Positions 12,872 to 22,773 of a DNA stretch of 64,000 bases are shown piece after piece. The first letter of the stretch is position 1; every line of letters begins with the position of its first letter. The stretch is taken from contig OY969724.1 of assembly GCA_963702205.1 (NCBI GenBank), positions 448,001 to 512,000 of the forward strand. Reading direction: 5' to 3'. This stretch comes from an uncultured candidate division Zixibacteria bacterium (lineage in GTDB: Bacteria; Zixibacteria; MSB-5A5; GN15; PGXB01). The notes under the pieces were generated by a model. That model did not search any database. It was not told where the DNA came from and worked only from the letters and a program-made list of their open reading frames with translations. The position numbers were made by a program, and so were the translations under genes.

Positions 12872-13132
12872 GGTCAGGAGCCGTGCCGAAGGTCCTGAAC
12901 GAAGTGAAGGGCGCTCCTGACACTTTGTCTTATTACCATGAACACTTTGCAATCAATGTCATTCCCGCGAAAGCGGGAATCCATCTTTCAAGCGCTGTCG
13001 GGAACCTTATCCCGACAGAAATCCCCAAAACGCCGAAAGCGTCAGGAGTGGGTTCCTGACGCCGCCGTAAATTAAAGTCCTGGTCAGGAGTTATTCCGAA
13101 GGCCCTGAACGAAGTGAAGGGCGCTCCTGACA
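12872..13132. repeat. Cluster of REP-like hairpins
   Basis: Two copies of GGTCAGGAG...GCTCCTGACA (12872-12922, 13082-13132), GTCATTCCCGCGAAAGCGGGAATCCA (12958-12983) and the inverted pair GTCGGGAACC..CCCGAC / GTCAGGAGTGGGTTCCTGAC. Confidence 0.9.
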
Positions 13133-13139
13133 TCTTGAT

Positions 13140-13730
13140 CTATATTTTGCGAACCAATAACTCACCATTACCTATCGGGACTTTTACAGAATCGACTCGA
13201 TTGTCCTTTGCGACGAATTCAACAAACGCGGCCAATTCTTCCTTATGACTGATAATATTATCAGCCACGAGAATTCCTCCGTGGACCATTTTGGGGACAA
13301 TCAAATCGTAGCATTCACTATAGTACTCTTTTTCTGCGTCGAGAAAACAAAAAGAAATGTTTTTATATTGATCGATCATTGCGCGCACGTCGGCTTCGAT
13401 TAATTCCACGACATCAATGACTCCGGCATTTTGAAACGTTTCCCCGGCCAGCCTGGCCTTATGTTCCAGGACCTCAAATGTAACGACCCGGGCATTCCTG
13501 AGTCGCGCCGCCAGCGCCAAATATAATGTGGAATAACCTGCACTGGTCCCGATTTCGATGAACAATCCGTTCGGAGCAGAAGCGGCCATCAAAGTCAAAA
13601 ATCGGCCCGTCTCTGGTGGAATCTGGCGAAGTCTTTCCATTTTGGGAGTACCATCGGTACGGTCTTGCGCGTCGATTTTTTCAAGACGGTACATTTGTTT
13701 GAGAATTGGTTCGGGAATTGAATGAAACAT
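13140..13730 (-). CDS. SAM-dependent O-methyltransferase (caffeoyl-CoA OMT-like)
   Basis: [27 protein letters not shown] motifs. Confidence 0.9.
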   Translation of the reverse strand: MFHSIPEPILKQMYRLEKIDAQDRTDGTPKMERLRQIPPETGRFLTLMAASAPNGLFIEIGTSAGYSTLYLALAARLRNARVVTFEVLEHKARLAGETFQNAGVIDVVELIEADVRAMIDQYKNISFCFLDAEKEYYSECYDLIVPKMVHGGILVADNIISHKEELAAFVEFVAKDNRVDSVKVPIGNGELLVRKI

Positions 13731-13755
13731 ATTTTATCACCTTGTAATTCTGGTA

Positions 13756-13892
13756 GGTCAGGAGCCCCGCCGAAGGTCCTGAACGAAGTGAAGGGCGCTC
13801 CTGACATCTTAGTCTTTTCGTCGGGTTTCTCGAAGACTCGGAACCCGACCTACCGAAAATAATTACGCCGTCAGGAAAATATCCCTGACGGC
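13756..13892. repeat. REP-like hairpin cluster
   Basis: Third GGTCAGGAG...GCTCCTGACA copy (13756-13806), GTCGGGTTTC..GGAACCCGAC and GCCGTCAGG..CCTGACGGC. Confidence 0.85.
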
Positions 13893-13933
13893 ACATAAAA
13901 CTCAATGTTTAAACTTGTCCCTAACCCGGTATT

Positions 13934-16363
13934 TTATATCCCCGCCGAGAGGCTGATAATGAAATTACGGCCCGGCTCGGGAATCGGGTTGTCCGGGTTG
14001 CGTCCATTGAACGGCTCGCTGTACGCCACATCAAAAATATTATTCACGTCCAGCGACAACCGTATCTGGCTGTATACATTCACCCCGGCATTGGCGTTGA
14101 ACACCGTGAAGGCCGACGTCGGGATATCTTCCAGCGCCGCCACTTCCGGCACGCGGTTCTGCGCTTCCGAATGCCTCAGCGTCACTTCCGCGAAAAAGTC
14201 GTGCTTGGGATAACGATACCCGAGCGTCGCGGTCGTCTTGAACGGTGAGACGAACAGCGGCTGACTGTCGGTCTTGTTCTGGCCGTGCTGGTACGACAAC
14301 CCCAGAACGCCGTACAGTCCGTTTTCGAGGTCACCTTCCATGAACGTCTCAAAACCGTAAATGGTCACGTCCTGAATGTTTTCATAACGCCACAGAGCCT
14401 GATAAAATCCCGGCCCCTGGGCGACGCTGTCGAAATTGACGAGCTGCGTGAAATCTTTATAATCGCTGTAGAAACCGATCACCGAATAACTGACGTGCGG
14501 ATGCACACCCTTGACGCCCGCGTTAATCGTCACGCATTTCTCGGGCTTGATATCCGGATTGGGGCGGGTTTCGCGGCCCGAGGCGCTGCCGTGATAAAAC
14601 CGCTCGACGACGTTCGGGACACGGTACGCCGTTCCGACGTCGGCGACGGCATTAACGCCGCCCTTGATCGGCATGACCAGCCCCAGCGAACCGTTAACCG
14701 CGCTGTAATTTTCATCAGTGGTCGGCAGCGGCTGGCCGGAATCATCGACGTAATTGGGTGTCGGATCAGTGGAAATCCAGAATCCATCGACACGCAATCC
14801 CGGATTGACCCGCAGCTTATCGAAGTGAATTTCACCCGAGGCGTAGGCACCGGCCGACAACCACTGGTTTTTCGGCACTGATGCGCTGAGCGATGTGTCG
14901 TAAACCGGGTCCGGCCCGAATCCTTCGAAGCGGGTTATCGAGGTGCTGGCACCGTCGATTTTCTCGCGCCAGCTGTCGATCCCGAACGTGAAGACGACGT
15001 CATCGGTGAAAACATACAGCTCCTGAAAATTCAGTCCGAATTTTTCAACTTGAGTATGGTTGAGCGTCGTTTCGAGATAACCGGTCGCGCCCGGACCCGC
15101 CGGGAAACTGACCTGATCATAAAAATCCGTCAGAAAGTCTTTGGAAATCTTGTCATAATAAAATTTACCCTGTAACCGGGCCAGGCGGCTGGTCAGGTTG
15201 GTGCCGGTGTACGTCGCGGAGAAATTATTGCGATCATGGTACGGATATGCGAACATATACGGCGTCGCTTCGTTCGGCACACCGGGATATCCGATATTCT
15301 TCGCCTTAAACGAACCGTAATCGAGATTGACGCGGTTCTTTTCGTCGAATTTATAATTCAACCGGCCGTCGTAGTTTTCGATACGGGCTTTGGAATTGGC
15401 CAGACGGTCGCTCGAAAACGACGTGCCCTGTTTGGCGTTTAGAGTGTCATAAAAGTTCTGGTTAAACACCGAATAGCGGCTGTCTTTAGTGGTCCAGTTA
15501 TCGGGAAGTTTGTAATCTTTCTGGGCGTCGCGGTACTGGTAGCCTCCGGTCAGGACGTACTTGGGTCCGCTGACACCGGCATCGAGGCGAATCCCGCTTT
15601 GCTGATCGGCCGTCGAATAACGTGTCCGAAACTTCCCGATAGGCATGATCTCATCGGTAAACTTGCCCTGCTTGGTAAGAATATTGATCACGCCGCCCAT
15701 GGCGTCGGAGCCGTAGAGAACCGATGACGGTCCATTGACGACTTCGACCCGGCTGATATCGTTGACATCGACCAGCGACATCGAAACACCGGCAAAATCG
15801 GCCACGTCGCGCTGATCGTTAAGACGTTCACCATCGACCAGCACCAGAATCCGGGTGCCATACAAACCGCGAATCACCGGGCGGGCCCGGAACGGTCCGG
15901 CGTCGTTCATGTCGATACCCGGCAGGGTTCGAATGACGTCCGAGACGATGGTGTTCCCCTGATCGGCGATCTCTTTGGCGTCGACGGCATTAACCGGCTG
16001 CGACGTCTTATAAGCTTCTTTGTCGTAACGGGTCGCCGTGACAACCATGGAGTTCAAAACCGTAAAAGCCTGATTGAGCTTAATCTGGTTTTCGGTCGTG
16101 CCCGACAGAATCAGGTTGTCCTGGCCGACATATCCGACATGGCTGACCGACACCGAACACGGTGGCTGGATATTTTTTAATTCGAAAAAGCCGTCTTTGT
16201 TGGTTTCGACGGCGATATTGGTATGTTTGACCATCACCGTAACGCCGATAATAGGCTTGTCGTGGGCTTTATCGGTGATGTATCCGGAATAATTTTCGGC
16301 GAAAAGTCCGGAGGACAGAATCAGCAGCATCATGGCGGTCATCGGCAGTATTCCACGCTTCAT
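13934..16363 (-). CDS. TonB-dependent outer-membrane receptor (heme/metal-chelate type)
   Basis: Signal peptide, carboxypeptidase-like N-domain, VVTATR, plug motif EVVNGPSSVLYGSDAMGGVINI, C-terminal NIFD...PGRNF; start refined to MKRGIL. Confidence 0.93.
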   Translation of the reverse strand: MKRGILPMTAMMLLILSSGLFAENYSGYITDKAHDKPIIGVTVMVKHTNIAVETNKDGFFELKNIQPPCSVSVSHVGYVGQDNLILSGTTENQIKLNQAFTVLNSMVVTATRYDKEAYKTSQPVNAVDAKEIADQGNTIVSDVIRTLPGIDMNDAGPFRARPVIRGLYGTRILVLVDGERLNDQRDVADFAGVSMSLVDVNDISRVEVVNGPSSVLYGSDAMGGVINILTKQGKFTDEIMPIGKFRTRYSTADQQSGIRLDAGVSGPKYVLTGGYQYRDAQKDYKLPDNWTTKDSRYSVFNQNFYDTLNAKQGTSFSSDRLANSKARIENYDGRLNYKFDEKNRVNLDYGSFKAKNIGYPGVPNEATPYMFAYPYHDRNNFSATYTGTNLTSRLARLQGKFYYDKISKDFLTDFYDQVSFPAGPGATGYLETTLNHTQVEKFGLNFQELYVFTDDVVFTFGIDSWREKIDGASTSITRFEGFGPDPVYDTSLSASVPKNQWLSAGAYASGEIHFDKLRVNPGLRVDGFWISTDPTPNYVDDSGQPLPTTDENYSAVNGSLGLVMPIKGGVNAVADVGTAYRVPNVVERFYHGSASGRETRPNPDIKPEKCVTINAGVKGVHPHVSYSVIGFYSDYKDFTQLVNFDSVAQGPGFYQALWRYENIQDVTIYGFETFMEGDLENGLYGVLGLSYQHGQNKTDSQPLFVSPFKTTATLGYRYPKHDFFAEVTLRHSEAQNRVPEVAALEDIPTSAFTVFNANAGVNVYSQIRLSLDVNNIFDVAYSEPFNGRNPDNPIPEPGRNFIISLSAGI

Positions 16364-16443
16364 GACAAATCCCTTATGCAAAATGTTTCTTTCACTGGTT
16401 ACGTTCCAAAACGTATTTCTCTTTTTAAAGTTTCAGCTAATCT

Positions 16444-16476
16444 GTGTACAAAATAAGACTAAGTTTGTCAAGATTT
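16444..16476 (-). promoter_or_regulatory. Putative sigma70 promoter of the TonB receptor gene with an overlapping dyad operator
   Basis: Minus strand TTGACA-17 nt-TACACA; imperfect palindrome AAAATCTTGACAAACTTAGTCTTATTTT (GAC-N7-GTC). Confidence 0.5.
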
Positions 16477-16680
16477 TCCGACAAAAAAATTGATTTGAGT
16501 CAAAAAGGCAGTAAAAAAGCCGACTCCCAAATTCACATATTCGCAGGTGCTTTTAGTATATAAACGCCCCGGGGAAATCTTTAGACTGGGTCGCCCACCG
16601 CTTGCGGTGGGAACGCCTGAATAATGCAACCGGCAGACGCCCTCGCCTGCCGGTTATTAGATTGTACTTTAACCTAAGGC

Positions 16681-17142
16681 TTACGCACTCAAATTCGACG
16701 TGCAAAACGGGCAGCGTACGGCTTTGATCGGAATGCTTGAAAAACAATGCGGACATTCCTTCGCGGTCGGTTCCGGAGTTGGTTCCGGTGCCTTTTCGCG
16801 CTTCAGCCGGTTAATATTCTTCACCAAAACAAATATGGCGAAGGCCACGATCAGAAAGCTGATGATCGTATTTATAAATGTCCCGTAATTGAGCGTCACT
16901 GCTCCGGCGGCCTGGGCCTCAGCCACGGTGGCATACGATGCGACTTCGGCTCCGTGCTTGAGCACGATAAACAGGTTGGAAAAATCAACATTGCCAAGAA
17001 GCAGCCCGATCGGCGGCATGATCACGTCGGCTACCAGCGATTTGACGATGGTGCCGAAGGCGGCGCCGATGATTATGCCGACGGCCATGTCGACGACATT
17101 GCCTTTGACGGCGAATTCTTTGAATTCTTTCATCATACCCAT
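16681..17142 (-). CDS. mscL: Large-conductance mechanosensitive channel with C-terminal CxxC..CxxC zinc ribbon
   Basis: [21 protein letters not shown]; ends CPHC...CPFC. Confidence 0.96.
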   Translation of the reverse strand: MGMMKEFKEFAVKGNVVDMAVGIIIGAAFGTIVKSLVADVIMPPIGLLLGNVDFSNLFIVLKHGAEVASYATVAEAQAAGAVTLNYGTFINTIISFLIVAFAIFVLVKNINRLKREKAPEPTPEPTAKECPHCFSSIPIKAVRCPFCTSNLSA

Positions 17143-17192
17143 AGTGAGGGCTCTCCCATTTAAAGGTTATGTTTGCTTTTCAGGTTATAGTA

Positions 17193-17417
17193 GGTCAGGA
17201 GCCCTGCCGAAGGTCCCGAGCGAAGCGAGGGAGCTCCTGACAATTTCTTCTGCATCATCGCCGGACTGAAATCAAATTTACTCGATTTTGTTCCGGGAGG
17301 GAAGAAGAATTTTTTAATGAGTATTCCGATGGTGGCTTACACGTGACCGGCAGACGCCCTCGTCTGCCGGCTGTTGCTTTGTGCATTGTGATCGGCGGGT
17401 CCTCAGACCCGCCGCCA
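17193..17417. repeat. REP-like hairpin cluster
   Basis: Fourth GGTCAGGAG family copy (17193-17242), GGCAGACGCCCTCGTCTGCC (about 17349), GGCGGGTCCTCAGACCCGCC (about 17394). Confidence 0.85.
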
Positions 17418-17452
17418 AGATTATTAACACAAATGCGGGTTTGCCCCATTTA

Positions 17453-17899
17453 TTAGTTGGTGAATCCCACTCCACAATCACATGCTAACGAACATATTTC
17501 CACTATAATTACAATTATAGCTGCAAGGGCAAACACACCAAGCATGAACATCCATATTTTGTATGAACTCCAGCGACACAACATCTTATTAAATCCGGAC
17601 GATTTGCTATGAATAACCTCAAAGCCATTGACAGAATTTCTTTCATATTCTTCGAGAAGCTGTGAATCCCTGACTTCAAGACACCTGTGTTTCGCCATTA
17701 GCTGTATTGATGCCAAAGCAGCGGCCAAAGCTAAGACAGCCGACATAAGCGTGGCGAAGCTCGAGGCACCGGACCCGAGGGCGATTGTGAACAGAAACGC
17801 CTGCGCGGTTAAGCTTAAGACAGGCGTTTGCCACATCAGCCCATTGAGTGCCGTCCGTCGGGCAGCCACTACATCATATTGATCTTTCGCTATTGCCAT
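17453..17899 (-). CDS. Small hypothetical membrane protein (about 3 TM segments), AT-richer than neighbours
   Basis: 148 aa, AGGGGAG RBS, hydrophobic helices. Confidence 0.7.
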   Translation of the reverse strand: MAIAKDQYDVVAARRTALNGLMWQTPVLSLTAQAFLFTIALGSGASSFATLMSAVLALAAALASIQLMAKHRCLEVRDSQLLEEYERNSVNGFEVIHSKSSGFNKMLCRWSSYKIWMFMLGVFALAAIIVIIVEICSLACDCGVGFTN

Positions 17900-18066
17900 A
17901 CCGATCTCCCCCTATTGCGAGCATTGTTAGGCCCATCCTCAACAACATTTTAGTTCGTTTTGAATTGCATCAGAAAATGATTCTGACATCGATAAAATTT
18001 ATGAATTTTATTCCCCCAAAAAAGAGAATTATACGGCAAGGCCTGGTCGCCCCCCGCCCCCTATCC

Positions 18067-18095
18067 TTGACTTCACCGGACAAAAAAAGTATATT
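18067..18095 (+). promoter_or_regulatory. Sigma70 promoter for tRNA-Leu/tig-clpP-clpX
   Basis: TTGACT-17 nt-TATATT, 13 nt upstream of the tRNA. Confidence 0.7.
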
Positions 18096-18106
18096 CTCCC
18101 CGCTCG

Positions 18107-18191
<85 letters not shown>

Positions 18192-18218
18192 TGTAACGTG
18201 AAAGAAAGGACTGACGGT

Positions 18219-19526
18219 TTGAAAGCTACAATAAAATCCTCCGACGGCCTCAAACGCGAAATCGAAATCGAAGTCCCGGCCGATATTGTCGACGCCGCCT
18301 TCGCCGAACGCTACCACAAATACCGCAAGGAAGCCAATATCAAGGGATTCCGCCCCGGTAAAGCCCCGCTGGCCATTATCAAAAGCAAATTCCAGGAAGC
18401 CATCCGCGATGATGTCATCCAGGAACTGGTCAACGATTCCTATCCGCAGGCGATCAAGGACAACGATCTCGACGTCGCCTCCGCCCCCAAATTTCCGGAA
18501 ATCGACCTCAAAGAAGGCGCGCCGTTCAAATACGTCGCCGAAGTGGAAGTCATGCCGGTGATCGAGAAGGTCGATTACGACGGTCTGGAGCTGCCCAAAG
18601 AGGAAATCGAAGTCAAGGACGAGGAAGTACAAACCGTAGTCGATTACCTGCGCAAGAAACATTCTGAACTGAGGACGGTGGACCGGGAGGCCAAAGAGGA
18701 TGACGTCCTGATAGTCAATCTGGTCAAACTCGACGATCCGGATAAGATCCTCGATGGTGACAGTTTCGATGACAACGAAGTCGAGCTTTCCAGTCAGTAC
18801 ACCGTCAAAGAACTGCGCGAGGGTCTTCCCGGATTGAAAGCCGGGGATTCCAAAGAAATTACCGTCAGCTACCCGGCCGACTATTCCCAGAAAAAATTCG
18901 CGGGGCATACGATCAAGTTCAACTGCACCGTCAAAGAAGTTAAAGAGCGCCTCCTGCCGCCGGAGGACGATTCTTTCGTGCAGACAGTCGGCGAGCAGGG
19001 CACTTTTCTCGAACTGCGACTCAAAATCCGCCAGGACCTTGTCAATCAAAAGGAACTCGACCTGAAGAAATTCTATCAGGAACGCCTTCGCGACCAGGTT
19101 ATCGACAAGAATCAGGTGCCGATTCCGCAGGCGATGGTGCTCAATTATCTCGAATCGATGAAAGAAGATTTTCGCAAGAACAACCAGCCGTTCGAGGATA
19201 AGACTTTCGAAATGCAGTACGGCCTTCTGGCCGAGAACGCCCTGCGCTGGAATATGCTCTCGCATAAGCTCACCGAGCAGGAAAATATTGAAGTTTTGCC
19301 GTCGGATACCGAAAATTGGATAAAGGGCTTTGCCGAACGTTATAAAATGGAATTTGACAAGGCCAAAGAGGTTTTGTCCCAGTCCGGACGAAACCAGGAA
19401 ATTAAGGAAACCATTCTCGAGGATAAGGTGTTCGACTTTTTGACGAGCCGGGCGAAGATGGTGGACGCTCCCAGGCCCGAACCGGAAAAGGACACACCGG
19501 ATAAAACCACGGAGGAAAAGCAATGA
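18219..19526 (+). CDS. tig: Trigger factor
   Basis: GFRPGKAP signature; TTG start at 18219 after AAGGA RBS; upstream of clpP. Confidence 0.96.
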   Translation: MKATIKSSDGLKREIEIEVPADIVDAAFAERYHKYRKEANIKGFRPGKAPLAIIKSKFQEAIRDDVIQELVNDSYPQAIKDNDLDVASAPKFPEIDLKEGAPFKYVAEVEVMPVIEKVDYDGLELPKEEIEVKDEEVQTVVDYLRKKHSELRTVDREAKEDDVLIVNLVKLDDPDKILDGDSFDDNEVELSSQYTVKELREGLPGLKAGDSKEITVSYPADYSQKKFAGHTIKFNCTVKEVKERLLPPEDDSFVQTVGEQGTFLELRLKIRQDLVNQKELDLKKFYQERLRDQVIDKNQVPIPQAMVLNYLESMKEDFRKNNQPFEDKTFEMQYGLLAENALRWNMLSHKLTEQENIEVLPSDTENWIKGFAERYKMEFDKAKEVLSQSGRNQEIKETILEDKVFDFLTSRAKMVDAPRPEPEKDTPDKTTEEKQ

Positions 19527-20119
19527 CTTTGGTACCTATGGTGGTCGAACAGACCGGACGCGGCGAACGCGCCTATGATATATACTCACGGCTGCTTAAG
19601 GACCGGATTATTTTCATCGGAGCCCCGATCGAAGACCATCTGGCCAACTTGGTTATCGCCCAGCTTCTCTTTCTGGAAGCCGACGACCCGGAAAAGGACA
19701 TTTATATCTATATCAATTCGCCAGGCGGATCGGTCACGGCCGGTATGGCCATCTATGATACGATGCAGTTCGTCAAGCCCGACATCGCCACAACCTGCAT
19801 GGGCCTCGCGGCGTCGATGGGCTCTTTCCTCCTGACCGCTGGAACCAAGGGAAAACGGGCGGCCCTGCCCAATTCACGCATCATGATTCACCAGCCTATG
19901 GCCGGAACTCAGGGACAGGTGTCAGACATCGAAATCATGACCAAGGAATTCGTCAAAACCAAACAGCACCTCAACGAACTGCTCTCTTTTCACACGGGGC
20001 AGCCGATGGAAGTGATCGAAAAGGACACCGACCGCAATAATTTCATGTCGGCCGAAGAAGCTTTGAAGTACGGATTAATCGACAAAATTTACGAGTTCGG
20101 ACGCAAAGAAAAGAAATAG
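19523..20119 (+). CDS. clpP: ATP-dependent Clp protease proteolytic subunit
   Basis: [35 protein letters not shown]. Confidence 0.98.
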   Translation: MTLVPMVVEQTGRGERAYDIYSRLLKDRIIFIGAPIEDHLANLVIAQLLFLEADDPEKDIYIYINSPGGSVTAGMAIYDTMQFVKPDIATTCMGLAASMGSFLLTAGTKGKRAALPNSRIMIHQPMAGTQGQVSDIEIMTKEFVKTKQHLNELLSFHTGQPMEVIEKDTDRNNFMSAEEALKYGLIDKIYEFGRKEKK

Positions 20120-20125
20120 GATATT

Positions 20126-21421
20126 ATGACCGACAAGCCCACGGATAAAAAATCATCGGATGATTCGGGCGGTTACGGAACTCATCATCGTTGCAATTTC
20201 TGCGGCAAACCGGCTTCGAAAGTAAAACGTCTGTTCGCCGGTTACGAAGCGTTTATCTGCAACGAATGCGTCAACCTGTGTCATGACATTCTCGAAACCA
20301 CCCCGGACGTGGGCGACGCCGAAGAAACGTTCGAGGTACCCAAGCCTCTGGAAATAAAGGCATTTCTTGATAAATTCGTCATCGGGCAGGAATTCGCCAA
20401 GCGCAACGTCGCGGTGGCGGTTTACAATCACTACAAGCGAATCAACGATATGGCCTCGAATGGCCACGAGCGCAAAAAGGGTTCCGAAGTCGAGCTGGAA
20501 AAATCCAATATTCTTCTGATCGGCCCCACCGGGACCGGCAAGACTCTTATCGCCCGGACCCTGGCCAAATTCCTGCAGGTACCGTTTTCCATCGCCGATG
20601 CCACCGTCCTGACCGAAGCCGGCTACGTGGGCGAGGACGTCGAAAATATTCTGGTCAGATTGTACCAGGCTTCGAACTACAATCAGGCCCGTACCGAGCG
20701 CGGCATTATTTATATCGACGAGCTCGATAAGATCGCGCGCACCGACGGCAACCCGTCGATCACCCGCGACGTCTCCGGCGAAGGTGTCCAGCAGGGACTT
20801 CTGAAAATCCTCGAGGGAACCGTCGCCAACATCCCGCCCAAAGGCGGACGCAAACATCCGGAGCAGTCGTTCGTGCCGATCGACACCTCGAATATTCTCT
20901 TCATCTGCGGCGGAGCGTTTGAGGGTCTGGAGAAAATCGTCGCACGACGGGTCGGGAAGAAGCAGGTCGGTTTCGACGCCGAAAACCTGAATCTCAATCA
21001 CAGTACACCGGAGATTCTGGACTACACCGATCCGCAGGACCTGCTCGCCTTCGGGCTGATACCGGAACTGATCGGCCGTCTGCCGGTGACCGCGCCGCTT
21101 CGGCCGCTCGACAAAAACGCCCTGTTCTCGATTCTGACCGAACCGCAAAACGCCATCACCAAGCAGTACCAGAAGCTATTCGAGATGGAAGGCATCAAGC
21201 TGACCTTCGAACAGGAAGCGCTGTGGGAAGCGGTCGCAATAGCGGAGACAAAAAAGACCGGCGCAAGGGCGCTGCGTTCGATTTTCGAAAAGGCGATGCT
21301 CAATATCATGTACGATGCACCATCGCGGCAGGACATCTCCGAAGTTATCATTACGGCGGAGGTCGTCAAAGACGGCGCCGAACCGAAATTCATCAAAAAG
21401 CAGCACAAGCAATCGGCATAG
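20126..21421 (+). CDS. clpX: ATP-dependent Clp protease ATP-binding subunit
   Basis: Zn finger [35 protein letters not shown] loop. Confidence 0.98.
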   Translation: MTDKPTDKKSSDDSGGYGTHHRCNFCGKPASKVKRLFAGYEAFICNECVNLCHDILETTPDVGDAEETFEVPKPLEIKAFLDKFVIGQEFAKRNVAVAVYNHYKRINDMASNGHERKKGSEVELEKSNILLIGPTGTGKTLIARTLAKFLQVPFSIADATVLTEAGYVGEDVENILVRLYQASNYNQARTERGIIYIDELDKIARTDGNPSITRDVSGEGVQQGLLKILEGTVANIPPKGGRKHPEQSFVPIDTSNILFICGGAFEGLEKIVARRVGKKQVGFDAENLNLNHSTPEILDYTDPQDLLAFGLIPELIGRLPVTAPLRPLDKNALFSILTEPQNAITKQYQKLFEMEGIKLTFEQEALWEAVAIAETKKTGARALRSIFEKAMLNIMYDAPSRQDISEVIITAEVVKDGAEPKFIKKQHKQSA

Positions 21422-21707
21422 CCGGGTTTCAGATTAAAATTCCGGATAACTTTCGAACGTCAATATTCGGGCCAATTTTCGAGCTTCGGTTCGATTATAT
21501 TCTTAAATTTCGTCCTAATATAAAAGCGCACCCTGGTGGGGTGCGCCCGGGTAAAAATGTGGGGTTGACCCCGGTCGAAGCAAGCTTCACCGAAGTCATA
21601 GATATTGACGAATCCCCGTCCCGAATGTTTAAAAAATCTTAAAAAATCGGTAAATTTTCCCCACATCATTTTCCCCACCTCAATCATAACCTCAAGGTCC
21701 CATCAAT

Positions 21708-22430
21708 GTCATTCCGGGCTTGACCCGGAATCCATCTTCTGTCTTTCAATGTCATTCCCGACTTGATCGGGAATCCATCTTGGTGGGAATCCTTCCACTC
21801 CAAACGAGTTTGGAGTTGCCACCCAACCGAAATGACATTGGAGGCGAATTCAAGCATTGGTGCATCATAGTGACAAACCACCCGTTGGGTGGGTTACAAG
21901 ATTAGCCAAGAACTGTATTCCCGATCAAGTCGGGAATGACATTATGCGGGACATTCAAGCATTGGCGCATCATAGTGACAAACCACCCGTTGGGTGGGTT
22001 ACAAGACAAAAAGGAAATGCGAAATTGCCATGACCGGCAGACGCCCTGAGGCTGTCTCAAAAGTACTCTTTTTAAGTTCCGCGGGGTCTTGTCCCGACGA
22101 AGTCGGGATGTGACCCTGCGGTCTTTCAACGGTTTCCGTCGGGTGACAATTTCGACTACGTCGAAATCAACACCCGACGGAACACTTTTGGGACAGCCTC
22201 CCCTCGTCTGCCGGTTGATTAGATTGTGCTCTAAATCGTTCAGGCGTCAGACGGGGGCGTCTAACGCCCACGAGAACGAGATATCCTGACGCCCGCGCAC
22301 ATGTGGACATGTGTTGCGCACAGCAAAAACCAAGAGCATCAAGCCCCTCTTCACTTCGCTCAGAGCCTTCGGCAAGTGGGCTTGACCTTTTGAAGACAAC
22401 TCCCGGCGGGTCTGAGGACCCGCCGGGCAC
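21708..22430. repeat. Large mosaic array of REP-like palindromes
   Basis: Three GTCATTCC..GGAAT(CCA) copies, two AACCACCCGTTGGGTGGGTTACAA copies within a direct repeat of about 54 bp, GGCGTCAGACGGGGGCGTCTAACGCC, GGCGGGTCTGAGGACCCGCC. Confidence 0.9.
22048..22200. mobile_element. 153-bp MITE inserted into a REP
   Basis: TIRs GAGGCTGTCTCAAAAGT / GAGGCTGTCCCAAAAGT (16/17 identical); TSD CCCT at 22044-22047 and 22201-22204; empty site matches the intact REP at about 17349. Confidence 0.88.
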
Positions 22431-22459
22431 AACGCATATTTCATCACAAGACGGCCATT

Positions 22460-22490
22460 AAAAAAGGCGTGTCCTGAATCCAGACACGCC
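22460..22490 (-). terminator. Rho-independent terminator (minus strand)
   Basis: GGCGTGTC-TGGATTCAG-GACACGCC followed by T6 on the minus strand. Confidence 0.75.
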
Positions 22491-22520
22491 CAGGGTAATA
22501 AATAAGATGGGATGTGCTTT

Positions 22521-22639
22521 TTAATTAATCATGCTTATTAATCAACCAAGTTTGTTAACCTATCATGTTTATTAATCTACTACGATGATTAATCCACAAA
22601 GTTTCTTAATTCACATTATTGATTAATACACTTTGTTTA
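22521..22639. repeat. Degenerate tandem array, 7 x 17 bp, AT-rich
   Basis: TTAA at 22521, 22538, 22555, 22572, 22589, 22606, 22623; invariant A8 and T15, G13 in 6/7 units. Confidence 0.9.
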
Positions 22640-22773
22640 TTCCAGCGCCGTCATGAACCCCTTCATGACGGCATTCGTGGTATCATCATAGGCGCGGCAG
22701 GAAAAGGTTCCTGCCGCCGCAGTAACAAGGCGTCAGACGGGGGCGTCTGACGCCCACAAGGCAAACTTGTCGG

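Noticed and set aside
12872..13806. Integron attC sites
   Set aside because: No RYYYAAC/GTTRRRY core pair at the repeat ends and no integrase in the window
16365..16560. Cobalamin or other riboswitch upstream of the TonB receptor
   Set aside because: Leader is short and AT-rich with no B12-box or other recognisable aptamer
21650..21682. Repeated TTTTCCCCAC as MraZ-type operator
   Set aside because: Only two copies at 14-nt spacing and no dcw genes nearby
21708..22639. CRISPR or TIGR-like array
   Set aside because: REP copies are irregularly spaced and of mixed families; the 17-bp array lacks identical repeats with unique spacers or box C/D-like motifs; no cas or other effector gene is adjacent
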